NCBI RefSeq assembly: GCF_006345805.1
Contig: NC_043014.1
Location: forward strand, 49,476,001-49,540,000
Reading direction: 5' to 3'
Origin: Octopus sinensis
Taxonomy: Eukaryota
Length of the DNA stretch: 64,000 bases
Below are positions 1 to 14,318 of this stretch, in pieces; positions within the stretch are counted from its first letter, which is position 1; every line of letters begins with the position of its first letter. The notes under the pieces are model-generated. The model made no database searches. It worked only from the letters and a program-made list of their open reading frames with translations, and was not told the DNA's origin. A program made the position numbers and the translations under genes.

Positions 1-249
1 TTGCATAAATTATGTTAATGAATGAATTTTGTATTTGAAAAAAAAAGATAAATAAATACATAATTTTTTTATTTAATGGAGATAAAAATAGTGAATTTTG
101 ACCAAAAGTTAGACATTTTGAGACGAAATTCCTCTATGTCAACCCCAATGTCTATCTGGTACCTATTTTATCGACCCTTGAAGGTTGAAATGTAAACCCG
201 GTCTCTGCAAGGTTCGAACATACGAAAAAGGAACTTAAGAAGATGTTTT

Positions 250-625
250 CCAAAAAATTGACTGTAGTCAGGTTGATGGTAACCTTTATGGACAGGCCGA
301 ACTCCTTAAATATTTTTATGAAGTCCTTCCTGAACCTGTCCATGGAGTGGCCGTTCATATGGCTTGAGATAGCCGGGCCGTCGTCCCTATAAAGGGCCGA
401 CCTAGTGGATGGGTACGTCTCTTGAGTGTATCCAAGATGTATAACCCGACGAGATCAGCGATTTCAGCACCGTCCAAAGTTCCCCCATAGACACGTCGAA
501 CAATGGGTCGCCTTCTTTTTTCCACCCAGAAGGAATCGTTTTGGGCCAGGATTGATTTTCATGATAATTCTGATATTAAGGTCACTAATGCTAGTGCATT
601 GCTCAGCAAAAGTTAGGGCCTTCAA
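250..625 (-). mobile_element. Penelope-like element RT fragment (degraded)
   Basis: Frameshifted motifs LFDVSMG..DGAEIADLVGLYIL, LYRDDG, RFRKDFIKIFKEFGLSIKVTINLTTVNF. Confidence 0.8.
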
Positions 626-1000
626 TATACACATGCACGCAAAACTATATGAGCGCGTCTACATAAACCACATATAGAATTATATACTTGCACATCCAGC
701 CCCTTCGTACTGCCCCCTTCCTCCAACAACCTGACCGATTTCTAATCGTCTCGTGGTCTATTTCTTGTCCACCATGCGGTATTTTCCAGTTAACTGTTAC
801 CCACATACCAACATCAAACCACGTTACCGCGAGACCTTCTTCGACCAATCGCAGTCCACCTTATGGTAATAACAATTAACTTCAGTCATTCAAATTCAAA
901 ATGGCTGACGACTAGCATCACGCTGGAAGCTCAAGAGTACCAACGAATTTGAATCGAACTATTTTGATATCCATATAGATATAGATATATACATATATAT

Positions 1001-1032
<32 letters not shown>

Positions 1033-1144
1033 AGATATATATATATATATGTATCTATATTAATATATATATATATATATTATATATAGTATATAGATAT
1101 ATTATATTATATAATATATATATATATATATATTTATATAATAT

Positions 1145-1234
<90 letters not shown>

Positions 1235-1372
1235 TATAGGCCTGCTCGTTTGCCACGGGGTCGCGTCATTTGAAGGCTAAAACAATGCGAAGCGCATATG
1301 ACCATCGGTGTGTAACAACATCAGATAGCCCGGTCGGTTCACGGTGATATATAATATCTATATATATATATA

Positions 1373-1425
<53 letters not shown>

Positions 1426-3533
1426 ATATATATATATATCTATAATGTATGTAGGTATATATGTATAATATATATATATATATATCTATATATAAATATA
1501 TATATATATATATAGGATATATATATATATATATATATATATGTATCTATATATGTATATACACATACACATGCGTGTATGTGCTAGCATATTTACCGCC
1601 TTACTCTAAAACCCTCATATCCTTATCGTCTGCTTGTGTTTTTCATCTTGTTTATGTAATTATTACGTGAGGTCTTCGTATCATATATTTTAATGATGGG
1701 TGGGATAAGACGTTCAAATGAAGAATAAAAAGAATGGGAGAAAAAAAAGAGTTATGAACGAGGGCAGGAGAGAGAATGATTAATAAAAGTAGGTCATGTA
1801 TTATTTGTGAAAATGAAAGAAATATACGAAAGAATAACAATATAAATATAAACTTTGTTTGACATATGAAAACGTTAATAACATGGTTGAAGTTGGTCAG
1901 TTTGTGTATGGTCGTCTGCTGCGGAAGAGAGAAAATCTGACGGTTTGGAACGATTTTTTTGACTGAAAGAAAGAGAACATATGTTTTTTTTAAACTTTCA
2001 GACAGAAGGCTAATCCTAAAACTTCAGACTCTTTTTTCTGCGACCCATAGCATAAATATTTCTCCATTTTGACGGCAATTTTTCCAATTTTGTTTACACT
2101 GCAACCCTTGCAAATGTGGGGGGACGCTTTTTATGAAAAAACTTTTTTGAAAATCTATGAATCCACCTCCCACATCCACCTTCTTAAAGATCTATTTTCT
2201 CCAATTTTTTTTTGCACTTAAAAACGCACTTAACAATGGGAGACATCTTTTCGGTAAAAAAAAGAAATTTGACAATTTATGAATTTTTCCAAACTCCCCT
2301 CCTCTACTCTATACGGGTTTTGGCCAATGTTTTTTGCACTACGCACTTTGAAACGATGGAAGATTTGAACATTTAAAAAAATTTGGAAATCGGCGTTCAC
2401 CATTATAATCCCCACTTCTTTTTTTAAACAGAAAATGAAACGTAATTTAAACACAATGGGGAATTAAATTTTTTTTTCATTAACTCTACACCCTCACCCA
2501 TAAATCTTGAAATTTTGCCCTTTTTTCGAAATTGTTTTAATATTTTTAAAATACAGTCAGTCCGAATTTGCAATTTGTTTCTGCTTATAATTTCAAAATA
2601 ATTTTCAGAAGAAAAGATGTGTGATTTAAGGAAGTTGCTTCAAGTATATCCCACAACTACCTGGTACCTTTCTCGTTTCTTAATCTGAGTAACACACAAA
2701 CACTCAGCATAAGCAATATAATTTTATGGTGCTTGAGAAAGTTTACCAAAAGAAAATGAAAGACATAGACAAATAGAGATATTTTCTGTCACTGTCATAT
2801 ATTTTGAAATTTTTAAAATTAGTGAAAATTTTCAAGTTTGGTATATTGGTGTACTTTTTCACGTTGAATCCTTGTTTGCGATTCACTTTTTCCAGAAAGA
2901 AAAATTTGAGAAAAATATCACAGAGGTTTAAAGTTTGATCATTTTTACCCTATAAGAAAATAGGATTTTATGTAATAGCTGTCATAAAATGAAAGCAAAC
3001 ATTAGAAGATGAGGTTTTAAACAAATTGAAAATAATGCGTGAGTTAATACATCTACAGAGAGAGCGTGAAAGAGTGTAGTAAATATATAGAGGGATAGAT
3101 AGATTGTTGGTGACAGATGGGGAATAGGAAAGTTGTTGATATAAAAGGTGAGTTATTTCTTGTAGCAAATTAAATTCCTTTTATTATTTACGGACAACGT
3201 TCTCTTTGGAACGCAGATTTTGATAATCAAATGCATTTTTCTCGAGGGCGCACTGTTTCGGAGCCTATCGGGGTTAAACACACATACATAACCACATACA
3301 ACCGCATTTATTTTATATGTATGTATGTGTGTATGTATGTATGTATGTATGTATGTATGTATGTATGTATGTTGTATGTATGTATGTATGCATGTATGTA
3401 TGTATGCACGCATGTATGTATGTATGTATGTATGTATGTATGTATGCACGCATGTATGTATGTATGTGTGTGTGTTTATTTATTTACATATATATATATG
3501 CATATATATATGTAAATGTATGTGTGGGTATAT

Positions 3534-3567
<34 letters not shown>

Positions 3568-3808
3568 CTTGCACACATATGTATGTGTGTATGTGTGTAT
3601 GTGTGTATGTGTGTGTGTGTGTGTATACTTGCACACATATGTATGTGTGTGTGTGTGTGTGCGCGTAATTTATATATAATTAGCGCAACTTCGAAATAGA
3701 ATATGGAAACGATGTGAGCTATGTTAATTGATTGCGTCTTAAAAACATTTTGATACATTCTCATCGAAATTTACGTCCTATATACTTTATATACTATATG
3801 CTATATAT

Positions 3809-3910
<102 letters not shown>

Positions 3911-4797
3911 GTATACATACAAACACATACACACACAAAGTCACGTATACATATATACATACACATGTATATATATATTATATATTCACATGAATAATTT
4001 ATAAATATAGTGAGTATAATTAGAGACATTGGAGAGGATCGTTCATGAAATTATTTACGATGTAACGAGAGCCACACTTTATATTAATGGAGGTGAGGTT
4101 GATGGTTGTGGGGGGATGGAGGCGTATCAGTGGTGGTGGTCGTGGTCATGGTGATCGTGGTGGTGGTCGTGGTGGCAGTGGTGGTAGAGGTGGTCGTGAT
4201 CGTGATGGTGGCGGGCATAGGAAAAGGGTTTCTTAAATTTCTAGGCGAATGTCATGGTTGGGTAAATTGTTAATCACAGTTATTTAAACTTGAAAATTCG
4301 GCTACGATCTTATTTCTGATGTAAGTACAGGCGTGTGTGAGTGAGTGAGTGTGTGTGTGTGTGTTGTGTGTGTGTGTGTGTGTGGTGTGTGTGTGTGTGT
4401 GTGTGTGTGCTCAGTCGCCTGAAGATCAAGTCTGTGAAGATGTCTGATAAAGCCAAGATATATCGCCAGTTGTACTTATATATATTGACGACCAAACCCA
4501 CTCCGCTCTACATTGTTCATCATTTTGAATTTTTTATCAATTTAAATTTTTAAGTTATTTCCCTAGCATTTGTTTGTTTATTTATTTGTTGTTGTAGTTG
4601 TTGTTTTTTTAAATATTTATCAGGCGCAGGTATGGTTGTGTGGCTAAGAAGCTCGCTTTATAACCAGGTGGTTTCAGGTTCAGTTTAAGTGAGTGTCTCC
4701 AAACTATAGCCCCGGGCGACCAATGCCTTGTGAGTGAATTTGGTAGACAGAAACTGTGTGAAAGTTGTATACATACATACATACATACATACATACA

Positions 4798-4828
<31 letters not shown>

Positions 4829-5074
4829 GTCATCATCATCATCGTTTAACGTCCGTTTTCCATGCTAGCATGGGTTAGACGGTTCGACCGGGGTCTGGGA
4901 AGCCAGGAGGCTGCAATAGGCTCCAGTCTGATCTGGCAGTGTTTCTACAGCTGGATGCCCTTCCTAACGCCAACCAATTCGTGAGTGTAGTGGGTGCTTT
5001 TTATGTGCCACCGGCACAGGGGCCAGAGGCGGCTGGCAAACGATGTGGGGCTTTTGATCGTTCTCTTTCTCTCG

Positions 5075-5900
5075 ACCATGCCTTATACATAATAGCCGAG
5101 TGGATTGAGGCCTGGGTGAGCTAGGAAGTCATGTATCTAGGAGAACATGATCATGGACATTGGCATGCATCCACGCTTGGGTTGTTCTAGCTTTATGAGA
5201 CAGTACAGTCTCGTTGGGAGATGCACGGTTTACCGTTGCCTACCCTGTCTATTCAAAGCCTCACAGCTTTCTCCGACACTTCTCTGTAGACAGCGGCATT
5301 GACACTTAATCTCTGTGAAAAAAAAGTGAGGAGGCATGACATGTCCTTCGTTGCTGACGTCTCCCCAAACTATCACGGTTGCTCGGAACTTAGTTTGATT
5401 GGCCGATGGAACCTCATTCGGGTTTCTACATAACCATCTGTCGTTCGTTCAGTTTCTCATCGCTTGTTTAGCGAGCGCTTTGCATAAATCAAACGATTTT
5501 CTCTCATTACATCCGACATAAACTACCGACCCCTCTGCATCACATATGACTTATACCAGACATCCTCTGTTTCATAAAGCATTTGAAACATTGAGGTCCT
5601 TTGCAATGGCCGTGATTGACTTTCCACAGTTTTTCTCCATTTTTTCTAGAACGTTTGTACAAAGATATTTGTTCTGATGGTATTAGAACTCTCTGCGTGT
5701 GTTTTGTGTTTAGCTGTTGATGTTAGAGCCTCATCAGAAACTTCCAGTCCCTTTCGGACTTTGATGACGATGAATCGGGAAACTTTCAGAAAGCGAGCTA
5801 TCTTTGTATCACTAATTCTATGTTCTAATCCAGTGATTCTCAACCATTTTCTGTCTATGAACTTCCTTGATTCCTCTTTTATTCTACTGGAATCCCATGT
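5075..5900 (-). mobile_element. Tc1/mariner transposase remnant
   Basis: HTH-like IARFLKVSRFIVIKVRK, and a stop-riddled C-terminal part (SVNAAVYREV..KARTTQAWMHANVHDHV..PSSP). Confidence 0.7.
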
Positions 5901-5940
5901 TAAAAAAGCAATCCCATTATAGTCTTATAATTAAATATTA

Positions 5941-6333
5941 CTAGCTGTATCGCCCGGCGTTGCTCGGGTTTGTTTCGACCCTTTACAATTGGAATTTTTG
6001 AAAAGTAAAAATTTTGCATTATGTAGCTTGTTATTCTCTTAAGTGAACATTTTTTCTGGTTGAAATACACCGAAAAATGGCGACACAGCTGTCAAAAAAA
6101 TCGTAAGAAATAGAGATTTTCATAGAAAAAAAAGCACATTTTTGATGTAAATAATTTTTGGTGCTAACATGGTCTGATTTGAATTTTTCTTCTACGGAAG
6201 GAAGAGCAAACCTTCTTCTATCATACTCTCAATTTTGGTCAACTTATGCCGCAGGGTCTCGGAGGAGATAGTATTAGTTAATGGCTACCAAACCTGCCAT
6301 ACACAGACAACTTCAGCTTTATATAGAGAGAGA
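5941..6333 (-). mobile_element. Non-autonomous Helitron, related subfamily
   Basis: Same 3' hairpin plus CTAG end and a TC(TC)n start; different interior. Confidence 0.7.
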
Positions 6334-6388
6334 TTAGGAACTGTATTTAAAAAAATCAAAATATTTTGTATATTATAGAAGTATATGT

Positions 6389-6803
6389 AGGCGCAGGAGT
6401 GGCTGTGTAGTAAGTAGCTTGCTTACCAACCACATAGTTCCGGGTTCAGTCCCACTGCGTGGCATCTTGGGCAAGTGTCTTCTGCTATAGCCCCGGGCCG
6501 ACCAATGCCTTGTGAGTGGATTTGGTAGACGGAAACTGAAAGAAGCCTGTCGTATATATGTATATATATATAAGTGTGTATGTATATGTTTGTGTGAGTG
6601 TGTTTGTCCCCCTAGTATTGCTTGACAACCAATGCTGGTGTAGTTTATGTCTCCGTCACTTAGCGGTTCGGCAAAATAGACCGATAAACTAAGTACTGGG
6701 CTTACAAAGAATAAAGTCCCGGGGTCGATTTGCTCGACTAAAGGCGGTGCTCCAGCATGGCTGCAGTCAAATGACTGAAACAATTAAAAGAGAGTAAAAA
6801 GAG
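6389..6803 (+). mobile_element. tRNA-derived SINE family S1 (bipartite, internal (TA)n), full copy
   Basis: tRNA-like head with box B (GGTTCAGTCCC) and CORE-like CTTGGGCAAGTG; (AGTAAAAG)-type tail. Other copies at about 4623, 16430, 17320, 26395, 27135, 31985, 39737, 41210, 52030, 53335, 56763. Confidence 0.85.
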
Positions 6804-7442
6804 AGTATTATCGATTTATTGCACACAAGTTTTAACATCAGAATCTTGCATGGACCCCGGTTGGAAACCACTGTCCTAATCCCTTCTTCTAAGGAAGCCA
6901 ATTGTCAAGGTTTTGCTATCCATCTTCCTTCAGTGAACTTCCTCTCTCCTCTGGGTTTAACCTCATCTTATCTAACAATCTCTACTCTTGTAACATTTTC
7001 TTTTCGTTCCAGTTTTCCAAAGCTGTAATACTTCGTTTAAAAGTTTTTTTTTCTTCGTATTTCTTATTAATCTATTTCTGTATTTCACTCTATTCGTTCT
7101 TGATCTTCCTGGTTACGTACACACACACACACATACACACACACATACATAAATACATACATACATACATACATACATACATACATACATACATACATAC
7201 AAACGTACATAAATACACACATACATACACATATACATACATACATACACACACACATACATACATACATACATACATACATACATACATACATACATAC
7301 ATAAATACATACATACCATACATACATACATACATACATACATACATACATACATACATACATACATACATACAGACGTACATACAGACACACATACAAA
7401 CGTACATAAGCACACACTCATATACAAAGACGAGTGGGACAC

Positions 7443-7483
<41 letters not shown>

Positions 7484-7955
7484 TACACACACAACTCTTT
7501 TCATACGATTCATTTATGAAGTCATCGCTCAGTTCTCAGTACACTCGAACCACACTTCGCACCTTGGCTTCTTTCCCTACATACATACGTGTGTGTGTAT
7601 ACATATACATACATACACGCACGCACACATATATGTATATACGCGTAAATGCATATCTATCTACATACTAGCTCTCCTTCACTCTTTCTCCAACTCCTCT
7701 CTCCCCCCCTCTCTCTCTATATTATATATATCCTCACGTTTTGTTATGTTTTTTTCTTGTCTTTTTTCTCCCCTTTTACCAAATTTTATATATATATATA
7801 TATATATATATCTATATATATAATATATATATATATATACCTATATATATATACATATATAATATACATATATATATATATATATATACATATATATACA
7901 CATATATATATATATATACACACACACCACATTATATATACACACACACACATAC

Positions 7956-8000
<45 letters not shown>

Positions 8001-8940
8001 TATATATCTATATATTCTTGGCAGACATTAACCTCTTGTAGACAGATATTTCGGCCAGGTACCAACATCACCAATCTGGCAGAGAATGCTTGCAACAGTT
8101 TTATGTTGAGCACCATATTTGACTAACCTTCTAATTTTTTTAAAGGAAATTTTCTCATCTATGACGTACATGTAATCCCGGACATATTGGTTTACGGAAC
8201 ATCTGGAGGTTATTCCTATTAGGATAGGGCATCAGCCAAAATTCTTACCGGCATTTCGTCCGTCTTTACGTTCTGAGTTCAAATTCTGCCGAGGTCGACT
8301 TAGTCTTTCATCCTGCTGGAATCGATAAAATGAGTATCAGTGAAACACTGGAGTTGACGTAATCGACTTAACCACTTCTCCAAGACTGCTGCTCTTGTGC
8401 CAAAATTTGAAACCATTTTCATTAAGACGGCGATCTAGCAAAATCTGACTAAGCGATATTTCATCCGGCTCTTTGCGTTCTGAGTTCAGTTTCTATCGAG
8501 GTCAACTTTGCCTATCATCCTCTCAGTTTCGTTAAAATCAATTCCATCTGAGCATTGAGATCGATGAAATCGCCTATTCCACTTCTCCTAAAATTGCTAG
8601 TCTTGTACCAAAATTTAAAGCCAAGGCATCAAGCTGGCAGAATCGTTAACGCGTCCGATAAAATGGTTAGCAGCATTTCTTCCAGTTTCTTTTTACATTC
8701 TGCGTTCAAAGTTCATCACTTTGCCTTTCTTCCTTTTGCGGTCGATAAAATTAGTACCAGATGTGCACTGGAATCGATGTAATCGACTTTCCCCCATTGT
8801 CTCTCCATTTTTTCCTCTCATCCATTTCTGTCAATGAGCACAGTGTCTTTTCCATTCTTCCTGAGTGTCAAACAAACACACCTGCTTGTTGTTCCTTCAC
8901 CTGTCTGCGTCTTTTGCTTTCTGTAAATTTGAACAATAAA

Positions 8941-8971
<31 letters not shown>

Positions 8972-8974
<3 letters not shown>

Positions 8975-9235
8975 CGGGAGGTTTACGAAAATAAATTAAA
9001 GACGAAGGCAGGTGGAGTCAAACAAACAAATGTATTAGTATGGCGCTCAGGAATAGAAATAAAATACAATAAGTCTTTTACGTTTCGAGCCTACGCTCTT
9101 CGGCAGAAAGATACACAGAAAAAAAACAAGGAGAGAAAAAAATGCGTGTAGGAGCTAACGATCTAACATGGCGTTCTGACTTCGGGCGACTTCGGGCAGA
9201 GGTCAGAGGTCAGACGCTAGAGGAACAGTAGGGGA
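8972..9235 (-). mobile_element. Penelope-type terminal repeat fragment with hammerhead-like fold, ending in (TA)n
   Basis: Same family at 38335-38530, 59927-60137, 60790-61165 (SINE-interrupted) and 62510-62645; all share GAAGAGCGTAGGCTCGAAAC-like hairpins. The Penelope assignment is inferred. Confidence 0.6.
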
Positions 9236-9496
9236 GATAACAGGGTCAAGTGACTTCCAATATTATCTTTTACATGTTACAGTCATTTGACTGCAACCAT
9301 GCTGGGGTATTGCCTTCAAGGGTTTTTTTTCCAAAAAATCAACCCCTGGTACTTATTCTATCGATATCTTTTGCCGAAGCGCTAAGTTTACAGGGAAATA
9401 AACACATCAACACCAGTTGCCAAGGGGTGGTGGGAGACAAACGCAGACACAACACAGACACAAAGACATGCAGATATATATATACATAAACATAGA

Positions 9497-9862
9497 ATGT
9501 CACCTGGTGTTTGTGACAGCACAGAAGATCTCCTCAGCAGGATCAATGACTGTAACAATACTTGTGACCTGACAGGATGTATGGTGGGTAGCATGGATGT
9601 GGTATCCCTGTACCCATCGATCGACGTAGATATTGCAGTGGAGAAGTGCGTGGAGATGATCAACGAGAGCCAGGTGGAGTTCCGTAATGTCAACACAGAG
9701 GAACTGGGCCTCCTACTTAGACTGACATGTAAAAATGAATACCTAGATAAACATAATCATAGTAGTTTCTGCCCCAGTAGATGTTTAAGAGGTAGACCAC
9801 CCACAATTACTTCTATGGCTAGGAAGACCCATATAGAAAGATGGCGCGGATGGACCAGAGTC

Positions 9863-9865
<3 letters not shown>
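9497..9865 (+). mobile_element. Penelope-like element RT fragment
   Basis: GSMDVVSLYPSID motif followed by RGRPPTIT; flanked by (TA)n. Confidence 0.75.
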
Positions 9866-9897
<32 letters not shown>

Positions 9898-10065
9898 CGA
9901 AGTGTACAATGTTATATATCCATTACGGCTGATCTTACAAATTGGTTTCGCACTAGAGGTTCAACGGATTGTTAGGTAACCATCCGATTGTGTAACCTTG
10001 TGCTCCTCAGAGGTAGCCGTTATAGAATGACATATGACGACTACATATTTGTGTATGCATGCACG

Positions 10066-10100
<35 letters not shown>

Positions 10101-10429
10101 ATTACATATTATTATATTTTTTAATATTTTTATATATTTTTCATTTCATCTATATTTTTCTTTGTTATTTCTCTCCCCCTTACCCAGCTATAAAAACCTT
10201 CTCCTCCTCATCCACAACCCATTTTCTTAATCTTTTCTCACTTCTTGCTCTTGTGGCAAATAAGAAAGGCAGAAAACCGGGTTTTTTTCTCGTTTTTAAA
10301 TTTTTTGTACTTATTCTTTTCTTTTTCTTTTTTTTCTTTTTGTCATAAATACAGAAAACCTGGAAACCTTTATCAAAGTTTGGTAAACTTATTTTGGCAC
10401 TGACAGTCAATTACAGTTCTTACAGTGTT

Positions 10430-11455
10430 TTAGGTAGTGGTGGTGGTGTGGGGTGTGCTGGAGGTGTGTATGTGTGTGTGGGTGGTGATGGTGATTACGT
10501 TAGGGTGTTAATGGTTGTGATAGTGTTGATGATGATGGTATGGTGCTTATGATAGTGGTGGTGATTGTAATGGTGATGGTGTTGATGATAGTGAAAGTGG
10601 TGGGGGTGCTGGTGATGGTAACTGTGATTGTGGAGGTAGTGGTAGTGGTGATGGTTTTGGTGGTGGTTGTGGTGTTGGTGATGGTAGCTGTGGTGGTGGT
10701 AGCTGAGGTGGTGCTGGTGCTGGTGGTAACTGAGGTGGTGCTGGTGATGGTGGTGGTAGTGGTGATGGTGTTGGTGGTGTTGATGATAGTAGTAGTGCTT
10801 GTGGTATTGGTGATAGGTGGCCGTGGTGGTAGTGGCGTTGGTGATGATGGTGATGCTGTTAGGGAGGGTGCTGGTGGTAGTAGTGGTGGTGGTGGTAGTG
10901 GTTGAAGTGTTGGTAGTGTTAGAGGTGGTTCTGATGTTGTTAGTGGTGGTGGTGGTGGTAGTGGTGGCTGTGAAATATATTCTGCCAGGAATCCCTCTAA
11001 TAATGATTCCAGAATCTGTCTCCATTGAAATCCATTAAATCTCGCACAGAATGTCTGGGGTTTATATTGGTACCAGAATGGTAGCATCACCACCACCACC
11101 ACCACCACCACCACCACTACCACTACCACCATCACCACTAACAACATTACCAGCAACATATCCACCAACACCACCAGTAACAACATCAAAACCACCTCTA
11201 ACACTACCAACACTTCAACCACTACCACCACCACTACCACCAACACCCTCCCCAACAGTCTCACCATCATCACCACAACAACCACCACTGTCACTACCAC
11301 CATGACCACCACTTACAACATTACCATCACCATCACCACCACCATCACCACTACCACCACCACCACTACCATCACCACCACACCACCATCACCACCACCA
11401 CCACCACCACCACCACCACCACCGTCACCCCCCACCCCCACCAACAACAACAACA
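10430..11455. repeat. Opposed (GGT)n- and (ACC)n-rich low-complexity tracts
   Basis: Read directly; includes a ~105-bp inverted duplication. Confidence 0.85.
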
Positions 11456-11723
11456 ACTCTGCACCATGTTTCATACATTTTTTTATTGAGTTTTTATCCA
11501 AGTCTTTTTCATGCCCACCACCATCAAAATTGTGCTTCCTCACTTTTATTTCTGTTTCTTTATCATTTAACTGATTTTCTCACTTCAAATCCCTGACTGT
11601 TCCATTTAAGTAACCTAAAAGACTGTTGTTGTTGTTGTTGTTGTTGTTCCAAGATAGAGATGAGTTCTGGCTGAAGTATTGCCATATGTTCCAGTTTAAT
11701 TCCTCTTTGTTGTTGATGAAGGT

Positions 11724-12250
11724 AAGAAGGAGGAGGAGGAGAAGAAGAAGAAGAAGAAAAAGAAGAAGAAAACGACGAAGAAGAAGAAAAAGAAGAGGAA
11801 GAAAAAGAAGATGAAGTAGAAGAAGAAAAAGAAGAAAAAAAGAAGAAAAAGAAGAAGAAGAGGAAGAAGAAGAAGAAAGAAGAAGAAGAAGAAAACGACG
11901 AAGAAGAAGAAAAAGAAGAGGAAGAAAAAGAAGAAGATGAAGTAGAAGAAGAAAAAAAGAAGAAAAAGAAGAAGAAGAAGAAGAAGAAGAAGAAGGCGAA
12001 GAAAAGAAGAAGAAAACGATGAAGAAGAAGAAAAAGAAGAAGATGAAGTAGAAGAAGAAAAAAAGAAGAAGAAGAGAAGAGAAGAAGAAGAAGAAGGCGA
12101 AGAAAAAGAAGAAGAAAACGAAGAAGAAGAAAACGATGACGAAGAAGAAGAAGAAGAAAACAACAACAACAACAAATAATAATAATAATAATGATAATAA
12201 TGATAATAATAATAATAATAATAACAACAACAACAACAACAACAACAATA
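11724..12250. repeat. (GAA)n-rich polypurine tract followed by (CAA)n/(TAA)n
   Basis: Read directly from the sequence. Confidence 0.95.
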
Positions 12251-12539
12251 ATGATGAATAAAAGGGTTAGAAAAACCAAAGTGGCAATGCAATGATGAAG
12301 CAAAAGAACACACACATGTATGTATAAACTGTATGTATATATATATATATATAAATATGTGTGTGTGTGTGTGTATGTAAGTATGTATATTATTGTGTAT
12401 GTATATATGTATGCAAGCATCTTTGTGCATACACATACCTAAAGTTTAACTTAAATTGGCATCAGAATTTTCCGGTGTCATTCTCCCTATTCCCCACCCC
12501 CCAGCCCCACCGAACCACCAACTCCGCTCCCTCACATTT

Positions 12540-12576
<37 letters not shown>

Positions 12577-13154
12577 CTCTCTCTCCTCTCTTCTCTCTCT
12601 CTCTCTCTCTCCTTCTCTTACTTCTTTCCCTGGGGTAGCAGAAACCTTCTGGTATTCATCAACATCCCTTTTGTGTTCAAACTCTGAATCCCACCAAGGG
12701 GACCTTTTTGCCTCCCATTTTTGGGAGGTCGCTCTAAAATAAACCTGCAGCCAAGCAGTGCAGTCAATTTAATCAACTGCTCCCCACCCCCATCACCACC
12801 ACCACCACCACCACCACCACCACCACCGCCGCCACCATGACCACCACCACTAAATTTATGGCATCATGTCAAATTGAAGAATAATTATTGCTGTCAGGAT
12901 TCCTTTCGTTAAGGCGATGAGCTGGCAGAATCGTTAGCACTCAGTGGAAATACTTAGCACCATTTGTTCTGGCTTTATGCTCTGAGGTCAAATTCCACCA
13001 AGGTCAGCTTTGCCTTTTGTACTTTTGGGGTCGATAAAATAAGTACCAGTTGATCACTGGGCAATAGGGTTGATGTAATCAACTTCCTCCCACCAAAATT
13101 GTTGGCCTTGTGCCAAAAGTTAGAGAGAATTATTATTATTATTATTATTATTAT

Positions 13155-13462
13155 TCATCGTTTAACGTCTGTTTTTCGTGCTAGCACGGGTTGAACGGTT
13201 CGACCGGGGTCTGGGAAGCCAGGGGCTGCACCAGGCTCCGGTCTGATCTGGCAGTGTTTCTACAGCTGGATGCACTTCCTAACGCCAACCACTCCGCGAG
13301 TGTAGTGGGTGCTTTTTACGTGCCACCTGCACAGGTGCCAGGGGAATCTGGCATCGGCCACAATTGGTTGGTGCTTTTAACGTGCCACCAGCACAGAAGC
13401 CAGCCAAGGCGGCGCTGGCATCAGCCACGTTCGGATGGTGCTTTTTATGTGCCACCGGCACG
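13155..13462 (-). mobile_element. SINE / LINE-tail family S3 ending in (GAT)n
   Basis: The plus strand reads (CAT)nCGTTTAACGTCCG...GGATGCCCTTCCTAACGCCAACC. Copies at about 4830, 21965, 26250, 28585, 31685, 42135, 46083, 48745, 49810, 50425, 52160, 61188, in both orientations. Confidence 0.8.
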
Positions 13463-13742
13463 TTATTATTATTATTATTATTGAGTGAGCGAGCAGAGCA
13501 TGCCATCAAAGTGACACTGGGGTAAAATATACGAAGCCCAGTATACCCATCATGACTACCCGTCTGATAAGGGTACACCAGGCACATGCATCACAACCAT
13601 ATGTGCGCGACATGGTGATCTCATATCAAGATAAACAGCACATGACCTTGCAGGTGGAGCCCAGTTAGAATTTTCTTCAGATCGAGTAACCCATCCCGCT
13701 CAAAAGGTCCCTGAATAAGGGTTGTTTAACACATTGAACGAA

Positions 13743-13792
<50 letters not shown>

Positions 13793-14318
13793 GGTGGTGA
13801 GCTGGCAGAAGCATTAGCATGCTGGGCAAAACACTTAGCTGTATTTTGTCAGATTTTACATTCTGAGTTCAAATTCCACTGAGGTTCACTTTGCCTTTCA
13901 TCCTTTCAAGGTCGATAAATTAAGTACCAGTTGTGTACTGGGGTTGATCTAATCGACTGCCCCCACCAACACCACCTCCCCAAAACTTTTGGGCCTTGTA
14001 CCTAGAGCAGAAAAGATTATTATTAGCAGAATCATTAGCATGCAAAATGCTTAGTGGTATTTCGTCTGCTGCTACGTTCTGAGTTCAAATTCCGCCGAGG
14101 TCAGCTTTGCCTTTCATCCATTCGAGGTCGATTAAATAAGTACCAGTTACGCACTGGGGTCGATATAATCAACTTAATCCGTTTGTCTGCCAGCTTGCTA
14201 CCTTCCTCTATGTTATATTGGTACCAAGGTGTGCCACTTAGTTCAACAGCACTTTCAGGATAGCTCCAACTAAGATCTCTTAGAATGAATTTTGGCTGCC
14301 ATCAATATTTCCCTAATA

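Noticed and set aside
1690-3280. Possible large DNA-transposon remnant ending GGGG-TTAA
   Set aside because: No matching left TIR or transposase motif found.
4087-4236. 49-aa RGG-rich ORF
   Set aside because: It is most simply a degenerate (GGT)n tract; no linked exons or recognisable domain.
10495-12436. Long Thr/Pro/His/Val/Phe/Ser-rich ORFs (up to 285 aa) that look like mucin or extensin
   Set aside because: They are triplet-repeat tracts open in several frames on both strands; no splice or homology support.
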